Origin: Hemiscyllium ocellatum
Taxonomy: Eukaryota
Assembly: GCF_020745735.1 (NCBI RefSeq)
Contig: NW_026869299.1
Span: forward strand, 1-64,000
Length of the DNA stretch: 64,000 nt
Reading direction: 5' to 3'
Of this stretch, positions 61,260 to 64,000 are shown piece by piece. Every line of letters begins with the position of its first letter. The stretch's first letter is position 1. Below the pieces are notes generated by a model. The model worked only from the letters and a program-made list of their open reading frames with translations, did not search any database and had not been told where the DNA came from. The translations under genes were made by a program, and so were the position numbers.

Positions 61260-64000
61260 CTTATAACCATTTTCACAGAATCACCTTATACAGCACAGGA
61301 AAAAGGCCCTTTGATCCATCCAGTTTACGCCTATCAATAACAGCCACCTAACTATTCCAGTCTCATGTGCCAGCACATGATCCATTGCCTTGTGTGACTT
61401 GCCCTTGCAAGGATGCATCTCAATACTTCATACTTATTATGAAGGGCTGTCTCTACATGACTTATAGGTGCTGAGCTCCAGGCTAACACCACCCTCTGTT
61501 TGATTTTGTTTTCCCCTGAGATCCACTTGGAACCTCCTGGCCTTACCTTCACCCTGTGCCCCTGAGGCATTGATCTCTCCATCAAGGGGAAAGGTTTCAT
61601 CCAGTTTACCCAGTCTATGCCTAAAATAATTCTAGACATCATGATAATCTTCTCCCTAACTCTCCTCTGCTCCAAGGAAAACCCCTGTCTATCTCATCTA
61701 GTTTCATAACTAAAACCCTCCAACCCAGGCAAGATCCTGGCAAATCTCATCAATACTGCCTTCAGTGTAATCACATTCCTTCGATAACATGCACACAACG
61801 CTTCAGTATGGCCTAACCAGTGTTCTATCAAGTTCCAGTATCATCTCCCTATTCTTCATTGTCAATGTCTAGGCTAATAAAAGCAAATATCCTCCCACCT
61901 TCTTAGTCTCTTTATCCAGATGACACAGTACTATAGGGCATCGGTGGGTACATGCACCAAAGATCCTCAGGCCTTTCCAGGGTTCCACCATTCAAAATGT
62001 CATACCTCACAGATTCTTCTGCCGAATTACATTACCTTACATTTATCCAGAATAATTTCCATTTGCAACTTCTCTTCACATACAACCAACCCTTTTATAT
62101 CCTCCTTCAATCTAAAGCCATAATGCTCATGACTTACCAACATGACAGTTTTCATTTCATCTGTGAATTCACTGGTTAATCCTCCTAAATTTGAGTCTCA
62201 ATCATTGGTATGTAAGAGAAATAACATGGAAATCAACACCAATCCCTACAGAACACCAGGAGACATAGATTTCCAGTCACGCAGACACCCGATGACTATT
62301 ATCCCCTGCTCCCATCACTCAGCCAGTTCGAGATCCAATCTGTCAAATTAACTCGGATCCCATTGGCTCTGATTATTGCTATCATCTGGACATCGAGTTA
62401 TCTCTCTGAAAACTACTATCAAATTGTTACACATGACTTTCTCTCAATAAAACCATGCTGAAAATTGTTGATTTATCTTCCAAATGAAGACTAATTTCAC
62501 TTTTCAATAGTTTCCCTACCACTGAGACTAGCTTGACAGATCTGTGTTTTCATTATTTATCCCTTCCTTTGTCCTGCGTAACAGTGCAACGTCGGCTGAT
62601 CTACACCCACTTGGCACAACTGCTGTGGCCAGGCAGTAATTCTAAATTATTGTCAGCGACCCAACTATTTCATCCTTTGCATCGCTCAACCGCTTGGTAT
62701 ACTTTTCATCTGCCCTGGAAATATAACCACTTTTCATTCAGCAAGACAACACAGAACATCACGTCATGTGTCCTAATTTCTGAAAGTACATCACAACACC
62801 CCTCCATGATTTCTGTCCCCACATTGTCCGTCTTACTAGTGAACACTGACACAACACATTCATTTTGACCACAACCTAATCCTCCGACTCCACTCCAATA
62901 ATAACACTTAATGGGCATTACTGTTTCCCGAATCATTCTTTTATTATGAATGAGCCTGTAAGTTTGAAAAATATTTTCCTTTATTTTGACTGCTATTATT
63001 TTCTCATGGTCCCTTTTGCTCTTCTAATTCCTTTTGCCCTGCACGTTCTGTACTCCATACTAATTTCCACTGTTTTGAGATTTCAGTATAGATCAGAAGC
63101 CTCCCTTGTTTCTCTTTATCTCACCCTCCATGCCCTTTGGTGTCCAGAGCCCGCTACATTCTTGGTCCCATTCAGTGGCTTCCTGGGAAATGTCCTCCCT
63201 GTGATTTTCCTATCTCTTTCTTAAATGTGTCACACTGCTCTGACTCAGATTTACCAATAAGTGTCAGCTTCCAGTCCACTCTGGTTAAGTCATTACCTAA
63301 TCTTACTAAAATTGTCCTTCCCCTTTTCAGAACTTTGGGACAATTTCTATTCCTTTGCAGTACAATCTGAAATCCAACTGATTTACAATCACTGTCTGCA
63401 AAGTGCACCACCATTGATGTTTTACCCACTGGGTCGACTTCATTTCCAAAAGTTAAGTCCAGGTTCACCCCTTTCTTGCAAGGTCTGGATTAAAATTCTC
63501 TGTATTAACACATACTTTGTTAAAATATTCTCCTGGGGGCATTTTCAGAATTGTGCTCCCTCTCAACTTTTGACACAATGAGTATCCAAGCCTATGCTGA
63601 GGAAGTTAAAAACCTCTTTTCTCATTCCCCTATTTAATTAACATTTCTCTGAAATTTGCCCATGTATTTGCCCTTGGTCTTTTGGACCTATAGTAAGGTC
63701 TATCGTGCTCTCCCAGTAGTTATGTTTGCTGTATTTTGGTTTTGAAGTACTGTCCATTTGCCTTTGTTCGAGGAGGTATCCATGATTTCATTTCTCTTTA
63801 CAGCCTAAAATACTCTTGTCAGAATTGCGACAGAAGCAACATTCTGTGCCGCAAACCCCCGCCTCCATCCTTTTCCATCTTTCCCTGTCTCGCCTGAAGG
63901 CACTAAATCCTGGAATATTGAATAGCCACTCCTGCCCCGCTCTCAATATGTCTCCGTGATAGCAACCACATCATTTCCTCATTTATGGCGGTAATTCATC
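61260..64000 (-). mobile_element. Long decayed CR1-group LINE occupying the Cmu1-Cmu2 intron to the window end
   Basis: Minus-strand LDLTFGNEVDPV...HFADSD (endonuclease), RT remnants, and the 3' region near 61300-61700. Confidence 0.8.

Overview
Cartilaginous-fish (shark) genomic DNA carrying an IgM-type immunoglobulin heavy-chain cluster in a repeat-rich background. The repeat families suggest an orectolobiform shark (inference). A leader + VH + joined D/J module occurs twice on the + strand (7031-7971 and 49802-50742). The two copies sit in an approximately 13.1-kb near-identical duplication (1-13081 = 42772-55854, roughly 35 differences by eye), and the first copy ends exactly at a 100-N gap. 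Only the second copy is followed by a constant exon: an intact Cmu1 at 60891-61199, with Cmu2 beyond the window. The most notable feature is the cluster architecture. VH is unrearranged (23-bp-spacer RSS) and faces a single 12-bp-spacer RSS. That RSS is followed directly by an open 67-nt segment that reads as D1-D2-JH already joined in the germline (IYYSGYWGIDYWGQGTMVTVTS), so one V-to-DDJ join would complete the gene. The rest is CR1-group LINE fragments, tRNA-derived V-SINE/HE1-like SINEs, Penelope-like elements (with minimal hammerhead-ribozyme motifs and TSD-flanked fold-back derivatives), minisatellites, a ~580-bp inverted repeat upstream of VH, and strand-biased repeats in the J-C intron. 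Repeat boundaries are approximate. No database search was run.
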